Positions 1 to 14,300 of a DNA stretch of 64,000 nt are shown one piece after another (the first letter of the stretch is position 1; every line of letters begins with the position of its first letter). Both the position numbers and the translations under genes were made by a program. The stretch comes from Podarcis liolepis (taxonomy: Eukaryota): the NCBI GenBank assembly GCA_965112155.1, contig OZ218099.1; one strand, written 5' to 3'. A model generated the notes under the pieces. That model did not search any database. It saw only the letters and a program-made list of their open reading frames with translations, and was not told where the DNA came from.

Positions 1-38
1 CCTGTTTTTAGTTACCAAAAAATGTTTCCCCAGCCTGA

Positions 39-278
<240 letters not shown>

Positions 279-3200
279 TGAGTGGCTTCAACCATGGGGA
301 GGTGGCCTTGCAAGATGCAGCTGTGTAAGAAGAGTTGCTTTTGTAACGTGTGCTCTGAATGGCTGGAGAGCCTGGCAGACCTGCACATGTGTATGAAAGA
401 ACCTCCCGGGACTGGAGGGTGAAGAAACCTTCCTAGCCAATTGGAAAAGACAGGTTGGTTGGTTTTTCAAAACGAGGACAATTGTCTCAGTCCCCAGTGA
501 CTAATAAATAAAGCACATTGGGGGGAATGGGGGAATAATGGAGGCAGCTGTTTGTAATGAAACTGTTGCCAGTGTGATTTGTAGGGAAAGGAGCAGAGCA
601 AAATCTCTAGCCAAAGGAGCTTGCAATCTTAATTAATTTTGTTAAAAGTGCAAGCATGTCATATTGGGTAAGATGAAGTAAGGTTTTGCAGTTCATAGAT
701 TTTACCAAGAAGGTTCTGGTTCACTTTTCCAGGCATGTTTGTCTTGTTAACAAATTATTTTCCCCACCTCACAAAATGTTTTCCTACTGAAAATGAGTTA
801 AACAAGAAGAAAGAGTGGAATTCACTGGAGGTAGCTCAATTCTGTGAAAGACCTGTCTGTTGCCACCATATTGATATACCAAGCAAAAACATGACATTTT
901 TCTACCCCAGCTGACAAAGAGGGGGGGAAATTGACAGAGGAACATGCTGTGAAAATGGGGGTGAAGCCTTAGTTCTTCCCACCAGGCTGTTTGCAGCACA
1001 AGAAGCAGTTTCCTTGAGCTCATAGGCCCCCATGGAAAATGTGTAAGAAATGAATGGGACACTGTTAAGTAGGTTTGCTCAAAGAATCTCCTTCCTCCTT
1101 TTTTGCTGGACGCCGCACTTCACTTTAAAAAACAGAAGTTCTAGCAGCATTTTAATTTCCCCAGACCTGTTGTTCTTCACAGCATGTCTAGATTTCAGGA
1201 TTTGGGGTGGTAGTGTGGAGTTGTCAATTTGTTTATAAGTTTCCTGGGGACCTGAGGAGTGAGTGTAGTGACTTCATCTTTCTGGGCCAGTTGTGATGTG
1301 GATGGATGGACGATGTCTTAGCTTAAGAAAGATGAAAAGGAAGCTTACAGGTATGATGCATTGAATTGAGCATCCTCGGCAGCTGCAAGGAAGGGTCCAG
1401 CACTGCTTGAAGCAGTGAACCCCACGGCCACCTTGAGAAGATGAGGGGAAATCCTTGTCACTGGTGTCTCCAGATGTCTGCCTCCTTTGCACTCCAAATG
1501 TATCTGTGGTTTTGGGTAGGAAAGTGCCCTTGTAAGCATCTTAACATCATCCCTTGGCAGAGATTGTGGCCAAAGGATAGGGGAGGCCTTTGATCTTCAC
1601 CTCCCAGAGGCAGTATGTTGCCATTTGCTCCTGACCAGATGCCTGACACAGCATTGCTCCACTTTTGTTGGTTTCTTGAGGATGCAACGATGTTCTTCAA
1701 TTATCCCAGCTGCGCCACAGCTTTTAATTCAAACTATATTAATGCTTCAGATTTCTGATTGAGAAAGGCAAAGGACATTGCATTCAGAATTATTTCTACT
1801 TATTCATACTACTGTGTGACAAATACATAGACAGAAACTTTTGACTGCCATCATGCACAGTGGTCCCCTTTCTCTTCTGTGCCTCTGTATCAAAGTGAGA
1901 GCAATTTGGTCAAATTTCTAATAAATATAATAAAAAATATTTTTAAAGGTACATACTCCAGAAATTTCCCCCCTCCACTGCTCACCTGCTCCACAGAGCC
2001 CACCTCAGAGAAGCGCCCATCCCAGGTGTGCTGTTCAATTTCTGTCTGCAACAACAGAGCAAAGCCCAACAGAGTTTTTTGGGATTGCATAGAGCCCTCC
2101 ATAGCAAGCAGCTGCTTCACTACCAGCTGTTACTGCCAAGAACTGCATCAACAAATATCCCTCCCCTCAGTTTATATCCATGTTGCCTCCATGTTCCCAA
2201 GGGTATATGCATCAAGCATAGATGATTATATCTGGGGGGAGTGGGGGGACAATATCTGGTTGATGGGCTGGATCCTGAGCTCCCCTATTCCCCTCAGGCC
2301 ATTTTGACAGGTGGGTAAGGATGTCAGCCTGTTAGTTACCTGACATCACCATGACATCAGCTGAATGTACGTCAGAGGAAAGACCCAGGCGTGCAGTCTA
2401 AGTGTGCTGCTGATTCTTTCCTTTCTCCCTTCTCGGCCTAGCTTGATCTGAAGCAAAGCAGCAAAGGAAGATTCCTGCCAAAAGCAATGATTGGCTGCAA
2501 TGCAGAGTAGTGCAACAGATCCCTGGAGGACTTGCTGTTGCCTCTGATAAGTGCTGACAGCAAGCCTTACTTGCCAAGGAAGTATTCAAAAGCACACTTT
2601 ACGGTTCCTGATTGTTCCTTTGCAGCCACGTCAGGTGTGTGGGAGGTGGCTATGGTTTGAGGGAAATAGCCTTGCGGGCCACATTAGGACTTCTGATTGG
2701 CCTAACTTGATTCCCCTCAACTGATGAAAAATTTCATTTTTTATTGTGTTCTCCTTCCATGGACTCAGGACAGCATGAATGGTTCTTCCTTCCTCTACCT
2801 TTTTAAACTTCAAAACAGTCCTGTGAAACACTAATCCACCCACACATTAATATTGTCAGTGGAGAGACTTCTGACTTGCCCACCTCTGAGAGCTCTTGTG
2901 TTGGCAGGCTCAAGGGAAAGGGCCTTTTTGTGGTAGCTGGCAGGTGTCCATTGGCCCTCATGGTTACAGGTGTTTAAAGAAAGCCTTAAAGACCTATTTG
3001 TTTTCACTGGCTTTTGCTTGTGTTGTTTGCTATAGCTGTTTCATAGTATTCCTGATGGTTCTGGATTGCACTTGGTATTGGATTTAGCTGGAGAGGTGTT
3101 TTTTTCATTCCTGCTGATTTTTAATATTGTGATTGCATTGTATTTTAACTTGCATGTTCCAGTGAGTAGACCTTAAAAGGTGCTGTACAAATCCTTTTTT

Positions 3201-3717
3201 AAAATGAAGTGATTATATGGCAGAGAAAGAGGGAGAGAGCTGGCCAGGGCTGAGTAACTGAAGCCTGGTCTTTCTGGTCCTAATCTAGAAGTCTATCCAT
3301 TACACCACACTAGTTCTCACTAAGGTATCATTGTGGATTCTCTATTATGCTGTTATGGTGGCATTGGCAATGGCAATGGCAATGGCTTGTCTGTGGACAG
3401 CCTTGTGTATCATTCCCAGCTGTCTGCTGTTGACTGAATATTCACTCTATATCTGTCTTTGATGCTTACAAGGTCTGGGCATTCCTCTGATCCCTCCAAA
3501 TACCCATTTTACATGCTCCTAACACTTCCTAATTTGCCACAAACTCAACTGATTACCATGAACTTCTCAACTAACCAACCTATTGTGGTTGAAGTTACAC
3601 AAAGGTTTTCTGTACTCCAGTAGCGGTCTGCTTTCAGTTTATTGATGGGTGGATTGAATTTCCTCCATAAGGAGCCCTGTTGTCACAGTGTGACTGTGCA
3701 ATAGGAAATCCAAAGGA

Positions 3718-3832
3718 GCATGAGACTCTTAATCTCGAGCCCCATGTTGGGCAAAAGATTCCTGCATTGCAGGGGGTTGGACTAGATGACCCTTGTGGTC
3801 TCTTCCAGCTCTACAATTCTGAGATTCTATGA
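3718..3832 (+). mobile_element. tRNA(Lys)-derived SINE remnant with CR1-type 3' tail
   Basis: gcatgagactcttaatctc..gagccccatgttgggc head, then ggactagatgaccctt...ttccagctctacaattctgagattctatga tail. Confidence 0.7.
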
Positions 3833-3987
3833 GTCATTTGGCACAGGAGTAGAAAACTGTTTAATTTGCTTCGCATAGTATACTGTACTCAGTTGTTTCA
3901 GTTTAATATTTTGCTTTGTTACAACAAATCACTTGTTCTCCTTCTGGATGTCCCTAGATTTGTCTTCAGAAAAGGTTTTCCTTCTGA

Positions 3988-4227
<240 letters not shown>

Positions 4228-4536
4228 TAAGGCTGGTCTGCTCTGTATACCCACCAACCTCTTCTGAGGCCTCTCTGCCCTGCAAACTAGACTTGCTTAT
4301 TTATTTTGGAGCTCAGATTTTTTTGGGGGGGTGGGGGAGTTAAAAGCTGACTGGCGGTGGAGTACATGAAAGGGATAACTGTGGCTGGAGTACGGATAAA
4401 CCTCCACACTCCAGCCCACTCCTTTTCCTCCATTGAAGCCCCTTAACCCCCTGTGTTAGTGCTCCAAGGTGGGAACACTGTGCTTCTCTTGTGATGTGCA
4501 GCTTTGTCCTGTCAGGATCCAGCAGGCTATTATATA

Positions 4537-4830
4537 CAATGGTGCCTCGCAAGACGGAAAACTCGCTAGACGAAAGAGTTTTCCGTTTTGGAGGTGCTTC
4601 GCAAAACGAATCTCCTATGGAGAAAATGTCTTGTGAGTTCCTGCGGGTTTTTTTTTCTCCCCCCCTTTTTCTAAGCCGCTTATCAGCTGATCCAATAAGC
4701 TGATAAGCTGCTAATAGCGCTAATAGCGCTAATCCTCTAATCCGTCAATGGGCTTGCTTCGCAAGACAAAAAATCTGCTAGACAAAGAGAATCACAGAAC
4801 GGATTCTTTTCGTCTTGCGAGGCACCACTG
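4537..4830. mobile_element. Tc1/mariner-superfamily MITE, family A
   Basis: TIRs caatggtgcctcgcaagacg / cgtcttgcgaggcaccactg, with TA on both sides. Confidence 0.88.
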
Positions 4831-4954
4831 TACTCATGTTTCCACCTTTCTCCCCCGTTCCTCCCCCCTTCCCCCGTGCAACTGTCCAAACTGCTCAAGG
4901 TAAACAAACAAACAGGCCAACTCTAACCTTCATTCCCCCCTCCCAACCAGGAAA

Positions 4955-4955
<1 letters not shown>

Positions 4956-5006
<51 letters not shown>
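4956..5006. repeat. (TAA)n microsatellite
   Basis: Directly visible. Confidence 0.95.
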
Positions 5007-5010
<4 letters not shown>

Positions 5011-6066
5011 TAAAAGGTAAGCATCACAACAGTGTTAGCAAATATATAGCAGGTAAATACAAAAGAGGAGACTAAATCACACAGTGGGAAAGCATATAAT
5101 TAATTAAATAAATAAACAAATAAAGTAACAAAAGAAAAGAGAGAAAATCCCGCTTGCCCTTTGCCATTCAATCACCAGCTTAAACTACAGGAACATGCAG
5201 AAGTACAGCAGAGGAAAACACTCTCTTAGCATGTCACTTGACTGTTTTCAGTTATCCCTATGTTGGGTAGTCTCCAATGGTATCCTAATTTGCAATCCCA
5301 GGAGTGGGGGGGGGGGGGCATGTTTGCCATGAAGTCACTTCAGCCAGCCTCTTAAGTTTTAAGGAGTGGTTAAAAGCCCATCTGCCGTAATTGGTATAAA
5401 CTCCATAAAGTACTTTTCTGTGAACACATTCTCTGCAATCCTTTATTAAAGCAATAAAATATATAACACTAATAAAAATATATGTAATAGGATCACATGG
5501 ATTTTATTGCCCGGCTGAACGACAATGAGACCTGGGGGAGTGGGGGGGGGGAATAGTGGCTTGTGTAAAGCAATAAAAGCCTTTGTACAAGAGTTTGCCA
5601 AACTACTCTGGGCAAGGAGGTTCTTCCAAGAGCTGGTGAGTGGCCCCACAGTTTCTTACGTTCATAAGTGGATAGAAAGTGGGGAGAGAGAGGGAGTTAT
5701 CGTGGGAAGGGGCAAAGGTTGCAACACAAAGAGGTGGATCTAACAGACTGCATTAATGAAGAATTAGATAGGGTGCAAGGCATTTGGAAAGCAGGTTGAG
5801 GCTCAAGTTACTGCAGCTCAGTAGAACAGGCACAAACACCCATATCAGTTGTCTTGTCTGTCTCAAGCCATGAAGTAGTTGTTTGCACACTAAGGAAATT
5901 GACAAAGCATTATTTCTGAGTGACAGCAGATTAGTGCTGGGCAGCTGGACTAAATGCTGCCTGTCAGCGAAAACTGAACAATGATGTAGTTGTGGTCGTT
6001 CCTTCATACACAAGAGCCACGTGTGGCAACCTGCCTGGTGCAGAAGATACATACATGTTTCATGAG

Positions 6067-6457
6067 TAAAAATAAAAAAATTCCTTCCAGTAGCACCTTA
6101 AAGACCAACTAAGTTAGTTCTTGGTATGAGCTTTCGTGTGCATGCACACTTCTTCAGATACACTGAAACAGAAGTTGCCAGATCCTTCTATATAGTGAGA
6201 AGGTGGGGAGGGGTATTACTCAGAAGGGTGGTGGGAATGGGAGATAGGCAGATAGCTGAGAGAGCCTCTTGACGACTCTTAACGACTGTAATAGGTCTTA
6301 CAGGAAAAGGCAAGGGGTGGGAAGGTGAGAAATGGTTTAGTTATGTATAGTGAGATATCCAATGTCTTTGTTCAGCCCAGGTCTTTTCATGGTTTTAAGT
6401 TTGGTAATGAGTTGTAATTCAGCAGCTTCTCTTTCCAGTCTATTTCTGAAATTCCTT
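6067..6457 (-). mobile_element. 5'-truncated Penelope-like retroelement (ORF C-terminus plus pLTR)
   Basis: Minus-strand peptide RNFRNRLEREAAELQLITKLKTMKRPGLNKDIGYL resembles the end of a PLE GIY-YIG domain. 11-bp flanking duplication tgtttcatgag (6056-6066, 6458-6468). Terminal segment shared with the copies at 54453 and 57726. Confidence 0.85.
6124..6161 (-). ncRNA. Minimal type I hammerhead ribozyme motif in the Penelope pLTR
   Basis: GUAU-CUGAAGA-A-GUGUG(CAUG)CACAC-GAAA-GC-UC-AUAC: core boxes, stem I GUAU/AUAC, stem II and palindromic AGCU stem III. Confidence 0.8.
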
Positions 6458-6656
6458 TGTTTCATGAGCAGAGACTTAGGGTTGCTGTGGATATTCTCTA
6501 CATTTCCATTGCAGAGTTCCTGCCAAGATGGGATGTTGTGCTGGTGTTCTGCCCTCCATCCCAGCTCCCTCTTCTGCAACCTGCTTTCAGCAGTAGTTGG
6601 AAGGCCATCTCTCATGGATGCTTGAGATTCCTGCATTGCAGGGGATTGGCCTAGAT

Positions 6657-8145
6657 CAGTGTTTCCCAACCTTTTTTGGGCAAAGGCACACTTGTTTCAT
6701 GAAAAAAATCTCGAGGCACACCACCATGCCAGATGGGGAAAGGTCACTTTTTACTTATGTAAAAAAAAAATAAAAAAATAGTAACAGCATAGAAGGTAAT
6801 GGTTATCTCTTTGATGTCTGATGGGAGGGCATTCCACAGGGCAGGCGCCACTACCGAGAAGGCCCTCTGCCTGGTTCCCTGTAACCTCACTTTTCACAGT
6901 GAGGGAATTGCCAGAAGGCCCTTGGCACTGGATCTCAGTGTCTGGGCTGAACGATGGTGGCGGAGACGCTACTTCAGGTATACTGGACCGAAACCGCTTA
7001 GGGCTTTAAAGGTCAGCACCAACACTTTGAATTGTGCTCGGAAAGGTACTGGGAGCCAATGTAGGTCTTTCAAGACTGTCGTTACGTGGTCTCGGCGGCA
7101 GGTAGCAGCGCTCACAGCTTACGGACTGCACCGTGTAACAGGTGTCTGGCCCAGCAGCCTAAGGCGGACAAGCCACTGAAACAGGCATTCAGAATCCATT
7201 CATTTCATAAAACCTGCAGGGCTCAATCTCTGTGTTTGTGTATGTGTGTGTTTCTGTTTTGCCCAAGGGTCTGGGGGTGGGAGAGAGCTCTTTAGCATGA
7301 TGCTTTTAAAACAATTAAATTATCAACAAACAAACCTGATGATACGAATAGCAACGTCAGGTGCTACCGGGGGGGGGGAGAAGGGGGCCTACTCGGAAGT
7401 AAATACTGCGTCCAGGCGTAATTAGCGCTGATTTAAGGTGCACCAAGACTGCCAAAAACCTCACCAAAGATATGCAACAAAGCGCTTCGTTGCAGAGGAG
7501 AGAGTTTGTGCACTGTGGAGGCTGGAGGGCTTCTATTCTACATGCGGGGGTTGGGGGGGCGAGGAAAATGTGCTCCGTGGGGGGGCGGGGAAGGCAAGAA
7601 AAGGAGCAGAGCTCTAACTATAGGCTCCCACGCTTGAGCAGGCCCGACTCGGTGGGGCGGACCACCCTCTCTCCTGGAGGAGGAGGAGGAAGAGGAGGAG
7701 GAGATTCCCATCCACGGCGTGGCCTCCCGCGCTCCTGAACGGGAAATCTCTGCAGCCCAAGACTCTCCGCGAGGCAGCTCCTCCCTTCCTGCCTTGAGCC
7801 GCCGCCAGCCGCGCCCCCCTCCCCAGTTATCTGCTGCCTGCCAAGCCCTGCCCCTCTTCATTGTCCTCCCCTTCTGTTTATTCCCCTTCCTCCATCCCTC
7901 ACTTTTTTCCTCTCTTTCCTTTTTTTAAAAAAATATTTTCTCTTCCCCTTCTTTTTTTCCACCCTTTCTTTTTTCTCTTTCTCCCCCCCCCTCCCCGCCC
8001 TCCTGGGTTAAAGGATTTGAGCAATGGGTCTGGAGGTGGAGCTCGTCGGAGGATTAGCCCGACTCGCCCGCCTCCCTCCCACGGCACACTAGGCAACGTC
8101 CGGCGGCACACTAGTGTGCCGCGGAACACCGGTTGGGAAACACTG
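6657..8145. mobile_element. Non-autonomous hAT element (1489 bp) inserted in a CR1-type tail
   Basis: Perfect 15-bp TIR cagtgtttcccaacc / ggttgggaaacactg and 8-bp TSD gcctagat (6649-6656, 8146-8153). The flanks rejoin to a CR1-type tail ending attctatgattcta near 8198. Confidence 0.92.
6793..7099 (-). mobile_element. L2 LINE ORF2 C-terminal fragment inside the hAT element
   Basis: Minus strand reads VLKDLHWLPVPFRAQFKVLVLTFKAL...RAFSVVAPALWNALP; the 3' tail is missing. Confidence 0.85.
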
Positions 8146-11043
8146 GCCTAGATGACCCTCAGGGGGTCCCTTCCAACTCTGCAATTCTATGATTCTAAGG
8201 CTTCAAAGCTATGGAGCACATTTGCTGAGACAGCAAAAGGTGCTTCATAACAGATCTGCTCAAGGAGGAGACTGGCAGACCCTTTGCCTTTCCAGTTGTC
8301 TGCCAACAGGACAGCTGTGTGTATATGAAATGACACACAGTCTCGTTATTGCTTTTTTTTTCTTTGCATATTAAACTGTAAGCAACTTTTTATTTTACAA
8401 TACCTTGATTTAAATTTGAAAAGTTGCTGTGGCTTCAGGCCCAGACCTCCCTGTTGTAAGCCAAGAATCCCTGCAGCAGGTCTTTCCTGTATGAGTAGGC
8501 ATGAGTATCTACTTCTAGGCAATAAGGATGGTCCCCATACTAGGAAATAGCTAACACTAGCAGTGCCTTAGCAGCCTGCACAGATGCAGGGCTTCTTAGC
8601 AAGATCCTAGCCATCTGCCTTAGACCAAAATCCACCACAAAGCTGAAACCAGAGGTGACCCCCCTCCTCCAGTTGTTCCTAGAGACATTTTCATAGCAAC
8701 TGCCTGCCCCGGGGCTGGTCTCCAGCTCCCAACATTCCCTTTCATTAGTATTACAAATAAGCAAGGCCTTAAAAGCAGAAATCAATAACAAGGCAAGCGC
8801 TACGTGTTTGGAAAGCGTGATCTTAATGAGCTGAATGCAGGGTGAGTTGCCATTCCTTGTCTTTCCCGGTTAACCACTGCCTGGCATCTGCTGGATGTGC
8901 ATCCATAGCCCGCTCTAAAAGCACTGCTTGTGTGTTCACAGCTCCCAGGAACTTCTTTTATTATTTGTAATGGGATTAATAAATAGCAGCTGTTCCCTTT
9001 GTTTGTTTTCATTCATTAAACACAATTACATGCAGCCCGATTGCACCCTCTTTGATGTGAAATGGGAGAGAATAATTTTTCCTGTTGTTCAGTGCTATAA
9101 TATGCTGTCATTGGCACTGAATGAAAATCATAATTAATTTTCATTTGGGTTTTTGCATCTTCCTAATCACGGTGGTCCCAGCTCCTTAAAACAGGTGACA
9201 GACATGCATCTCCCGCTCTCTTCTTATGCTCCCTGTAGTTTTCCTCTTTACTGTGCTGCTCCCAGAAGGGCAACACAATAACAGAAGATCAAACAAATAC
9301 AAAGCAGGTTGTAAATCTTTCAGAATGTAGTGAGTCTTTCTTGAATCAAGAGAGAAAGGGATTCACGAACCATGAATAGAACTCCTGTTCCTAGTCACTC
9401 AATAGCTCCAGTACCCTTAATAATTTCATCTTTTTTATTTCTGCCAGATTAACGTGTCATTTGCATTCAGAGCTTGGCCACCTAGAAATCACTGTGATTG
9501 GCGTTTTCTGTGCTTTGGATGGAGTATTGGGGTTCTTCCATATGTGCCATTGCAGGTCTTGGTTATCCCCATGCAGAATTGCAGCAGGCTCAGTTTTTGT
9601 ACTGAGGAGGTGCTAGAATCACATTTCCCATGGGAAGCTAACAGTAGTTATCCTCCCCTAGGGAATGAAGTTGAGCTGCTTTACCCTCTTTTCCAACTCT
9701 TAGGATTCTTCATGCATTCGCTAACTATGTGGCAAATCACCTTTATAGAATCTGCACTGAGCTTTTAAGTGTTTCATCATCCGCAAGGTCCTGAGCTGCA
9801 GCGCTGTGTACTCTCCACAGCACGTTCTGCACGTTTAGCGCTGGAGACCTGTAGGGCGCCACAGCTGCTCTTAATCAAAAGGAGCTGATTTCCATATTAA
9901 GGAATTACCTGTAGGGCTTGTGATGGACCTTTCCTGCCTCCTAATAGTCAGTCTATTAATTATACAAGAGTTTATTTCCAATTATGCAGCCAATGAAATG
10001 GTTAATCAAGTCCCCTTTGATGGATGCTTTGACATTTAATTGGAAAGAGAAATCCACCTTGCACTCACAACAAACTTAGCCACTATAATGGGATTTCTGA
10101 TGGGTTTGCATTTTAATCATCTGTTCTTTATCTGGCAGCGCAATTTAAAGGGTGTGGGACTTGGTGAAATGGACTCCTGATGATGGGCACCTCTCTGTCC
10201 TTTTTGTAGAAAAATCCCACCATTCCCTCACTATCTCAGCCCTTTTCACTAGCTGCTTTCCTGCCAAATCCCATCCTCCCCCCCCCAGAATCCAAAGCCC
10301 TGTTCACAACATCCCTGATTATCTCTCAGTTCATATAGTCTGTGTGCCTGAAGATGCAGAGTTTTTCAAGATTTCCTGGATTACATCCAAATACTGATCT
10401 AGTGATTCTCATCTGATTGTGAGAACAGAACTAGAAAGTGGACTAGGTTTAATTATTACATAATTAAAGATGCCGATTTCATAAATGTCCCCAGTGTTTC
10501 CTTGTCCTCAGGACCATCAGAAAAGTCCCAGATCATGCCATTGCGGGAGAGTTCTCCTATTCTCTGAATTAAGAAGGGCTGAGCAACCTGTGGCCCCCCA
10601 GATATTACTGGACTACCAGGTTTCTGCAGGGGAAGTATTGGGCCACATGTCAATATCCCTTGCTCTGGTTGCCGGATGTCATGTGTGTGAGGAGTCCTAG
10701 CAGATCTGCAAAAGCATTTTTTGCAGAACTGCTGCTAGCCAGACTCCATACATGCTTCCTGCAAAATACAGGAAGGAAGATAGATGGGCAATTAAGCATT
10801 GCCTTCAATGTGTCCTCTGACTCTTTTGTCTCTTTCTCACATACTCACATGGGAACAGGAGGAAAAGGACAGCCACTTCAGCTCACTAGCCAAGCTAGAC
10901 AGCTGTAACCCTGTTGCAGGGTGATTGGGGATAGTGTGTGGCAGGCTGCAATCCTGGCAGGATGGCGATTGCTCCTCCTTGCTCAGCTGCTAGAATGGGA
11001 CAACACACTTGCTGATGCACTGTTGAGTTGCTGCCATTTTTAG

Positions 11044-11337
<294 letters not shown>

Positions 11338-14300
11338 AAAGGTCGAGATGGTGCTGCAGACTTCCCTGGCAGTGGACTCTTAAGGGAGAGAGAGCGCGGC
11401 AAGTGAGTCGCGGCAGCAAGAAAGCAATCAAGGAATACATTGGGGCCTGGCACCAAACAATGCACAGAATCTGCTGCGTCTCAGAACACTTTACACACAA
11501 TGAACAGCAAAACAACAACAACGTAAGACCGCCGTTCTCAAAAGCAAACGGAGCCTATCTTAAAGACCTTTTGGAAGGAGCGACGTAGCAAAGAACCTGA
11601 AGGACCCCAGGAGATGTGCAAGGAGGGCCAGTGAGACAAATCCTTGCTCAGCTGCCACTGCCTCCCTTCTCCGGCTCCCACCAAGGCCTGTTCCAGATTT
11701 GGCGACGGAAGGTTGGGGACTGCACTAACGGCTAGGACAACCTTTTTACATTATGGTTTTTTCCCCCATGGCAGGCGGTTTGGTAGGCTTATAATTCCCC
11801 GCCCCTTCTCCCTGTACTTCCTTCCTTTCCCGCCTTGCCTGGACAGCTCCACTCTCTACCTTCTCTTCCATACTCTCTGGCCTTCTTCCTCTAGTGTTAA
11901 CTGCTATATTTGCACAATTTCCACAAGCTAGGTTTTGTTTTTGTTTTGTTTTTGAAAAAGATTTAAAATATATGAGTGTGGGGAGGTTCTAAATTTTAAA
12001 CAAAACATTGCAGGGTTTTTTTTAAATTTTTGTTTCAACAAAAAGAAAGGAGCATTGCTTGCTTGGGGTAGAAGTGGGGGTGCGTGGAGTCCAAGAGAAG
12101 AGCCCCTCTATCTTTGATTCTTCCTACACTTTGTCCTGTGCCATATTTTATTTATTTTAATAACATTTAGCACAGGCCAAATTGATGCTCTTGTTTTGAA
12201 TGCTGCTTACGCGGGTGCCAAAGGTTTAAGGTACCCAGAGGGCAAGGAACTTGCAAAAAGGAGGGTGGGCCATGCATGGCAAGCCCCTGCAGAGAGATCT
12301 TTTCATGAATTACTATGTGGAAAGTGGCACACTTTTGAGAAAAGTCCCTGCTTTGCCTTTTTATAAATTAAGACAGGGCTAGCTGCTTGTAAGCGGAGTT
12401 TAGCAACTTTCAAAAGTTCTCATTGCCCCGCCCGCCCCAGAGTAGCCCGCCCCCAGCTGCCCTCATCTGTACATTTCCCACTCATGGGGCATTTAGACAG
12501 AGCGTATTGCCACTGCATAGGCACAGTGAATGGGGGTGGCTGTTTGAACCAACTCTCAGTATTTCCCTCTTCCGTTGTAGAGGAAAGGCATCTTAGTAAC
12601 AGATGCAGTCAGACTTGCTAGGGTCTGGGTCACGCAGGAAGCCTATGAATAGATGCTTCTTCTGTGTTGTCTCCATTTCTGACAGACCATGGCAACACTG
12701 GGTCTATTCAGAGAAATCATGCTAAGAGATGAGGAACATGGAGCTGCAGTTTAGCACTGACAGAAACATTATATTTAAGTGGGGTGCCCCTTTAGTTTTT
12801 TCAGGTGTGTAAGTGTGTACACGCACCACTTTAGAATATTTTATTTATTCCTCATCCCAATTTCTTCAGCAAAATGCAGAGCTTCTCTTTTTGTTTTGGT
12901 AGCAATGAAGACCCAAACTCCCAACAGTCTTGTAATTCCCCTCTGTTGGAATAAGCAGCTGCACCAGCGGATTTGGTTCTGGTTAGGCCAATTAGAAGAG
13001 GGTGAGAGAGTGCAGATAAGAAATGAGTTTTGTGGAATTGTAGAGTTGGAAGGGACTCCAAGTGCCATCTAGTCCAACACACTTCATTATTACTTAATTA
13101 TTACATTATTACTTTTGTGCAGGAATCGTTAGATTATGTGTGATAGTCTCCATAGCTTGCTTTGGCTATGGACTGCTCCAGAGAGCAGGGAAATAATCTT
13201 AGTGGGGAGAGCAGAGCATCATTCATTCCAATCTGTTGTTAGCATTACGAGAGGGGTAATGCCTGCAACTGAGTTCTGCTTTGTATTCTCTGCTACTTGG
13301 TTCAACCCAAAGTCTGCCTCCTCTTTCCTCTATGCACCTGGTTCCTAGCTGGCTTTGGGCTTCTCCTGGTTAGCAAACTGCAGTGTAGGAGGCCAGAAGG
13401 AACAGGTGTCCATACTGGGTCAGAGCAGAGAGGTCTGCAGAAGAAGACCCAGGTGCCGTTAGTTACTGCCACGTTGCCCAGATAGTAACCAGGTATTTCC
13501 AATCCAATTCAAGGCAAAGGTTCCTGTGTTGCTGCCATGGTGTTTCCCAAGACATCCAGCACTGTTTGAAGATGTTTTATGTACCTTCATTTTGTGTCTG
13601 CTCACTCCTTGAGAGTCAGAAGGTGTCCTCATTTTCAAACTGAAACAACTCCTGTCCCTGGAATTCAGTAGCTCCATCTTTTAAATGTGAATTATCTGCT
13701 ATCGGAAAGGAGCGTTTTACTTATTAGTTAGGTTTGCAAATTTAGGAGGCAACTGTTTATTCTGCATCCCACCACCTCTGCATTATTCTCATTCTACACC
13801 TAAAGATCAATGAAGCTACGTGAGAGTAGGCAAGAGAGACTGTCCCTAGTTGAACTAGGGTTTGGGTCTATGGCCTACAAAGTGCATGTTGGCACTCCAT
13901 AATTTTAATTTCACATTGGCCTGGATTTCTTGTACCAAAGGGCAGTTAATCAATTCACTGAAATAAATAATTTTTAAAAAAATAATAAAATAACAATCCT
14001 GCACACTGAGCAGAGCATTTCTGAAGGTCCTGAAATGCCCATTGGGTCTGAGTTTTCTGGTCCAACCCTAACAAAGAACCAATACATCCCATATCCAGCC
14101 TAAACCACAGTATGTGAGAGAAACAAGCTCCTGAACTCTTGCTAAAATCTGTTTCCCTTTGCTCCTCTCTTTTTCATTATCTCTACATCATTCCATTCAC
14201 TGTTCTGACCCTAAGAATTTTAATCCCCTCGATTCAGTTCCTGACAAATGTAATGCCTTTAATTATCATTAAACGTTTACCAGTGTGATGAAGCCACTGC

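Noticed and set aside
3718-3752. tRNA-Lys gene
   Set aside because: Partial, internally deleted and fused to a CR1-type tail, so it is a SINE remnant.
7472-8151. GC-rich ORFs and an apparent CpG island in the PLXNA1 intron
   Set aside because: Low-complexity translations lying wholly inside the hAT element; no recognisable protein.
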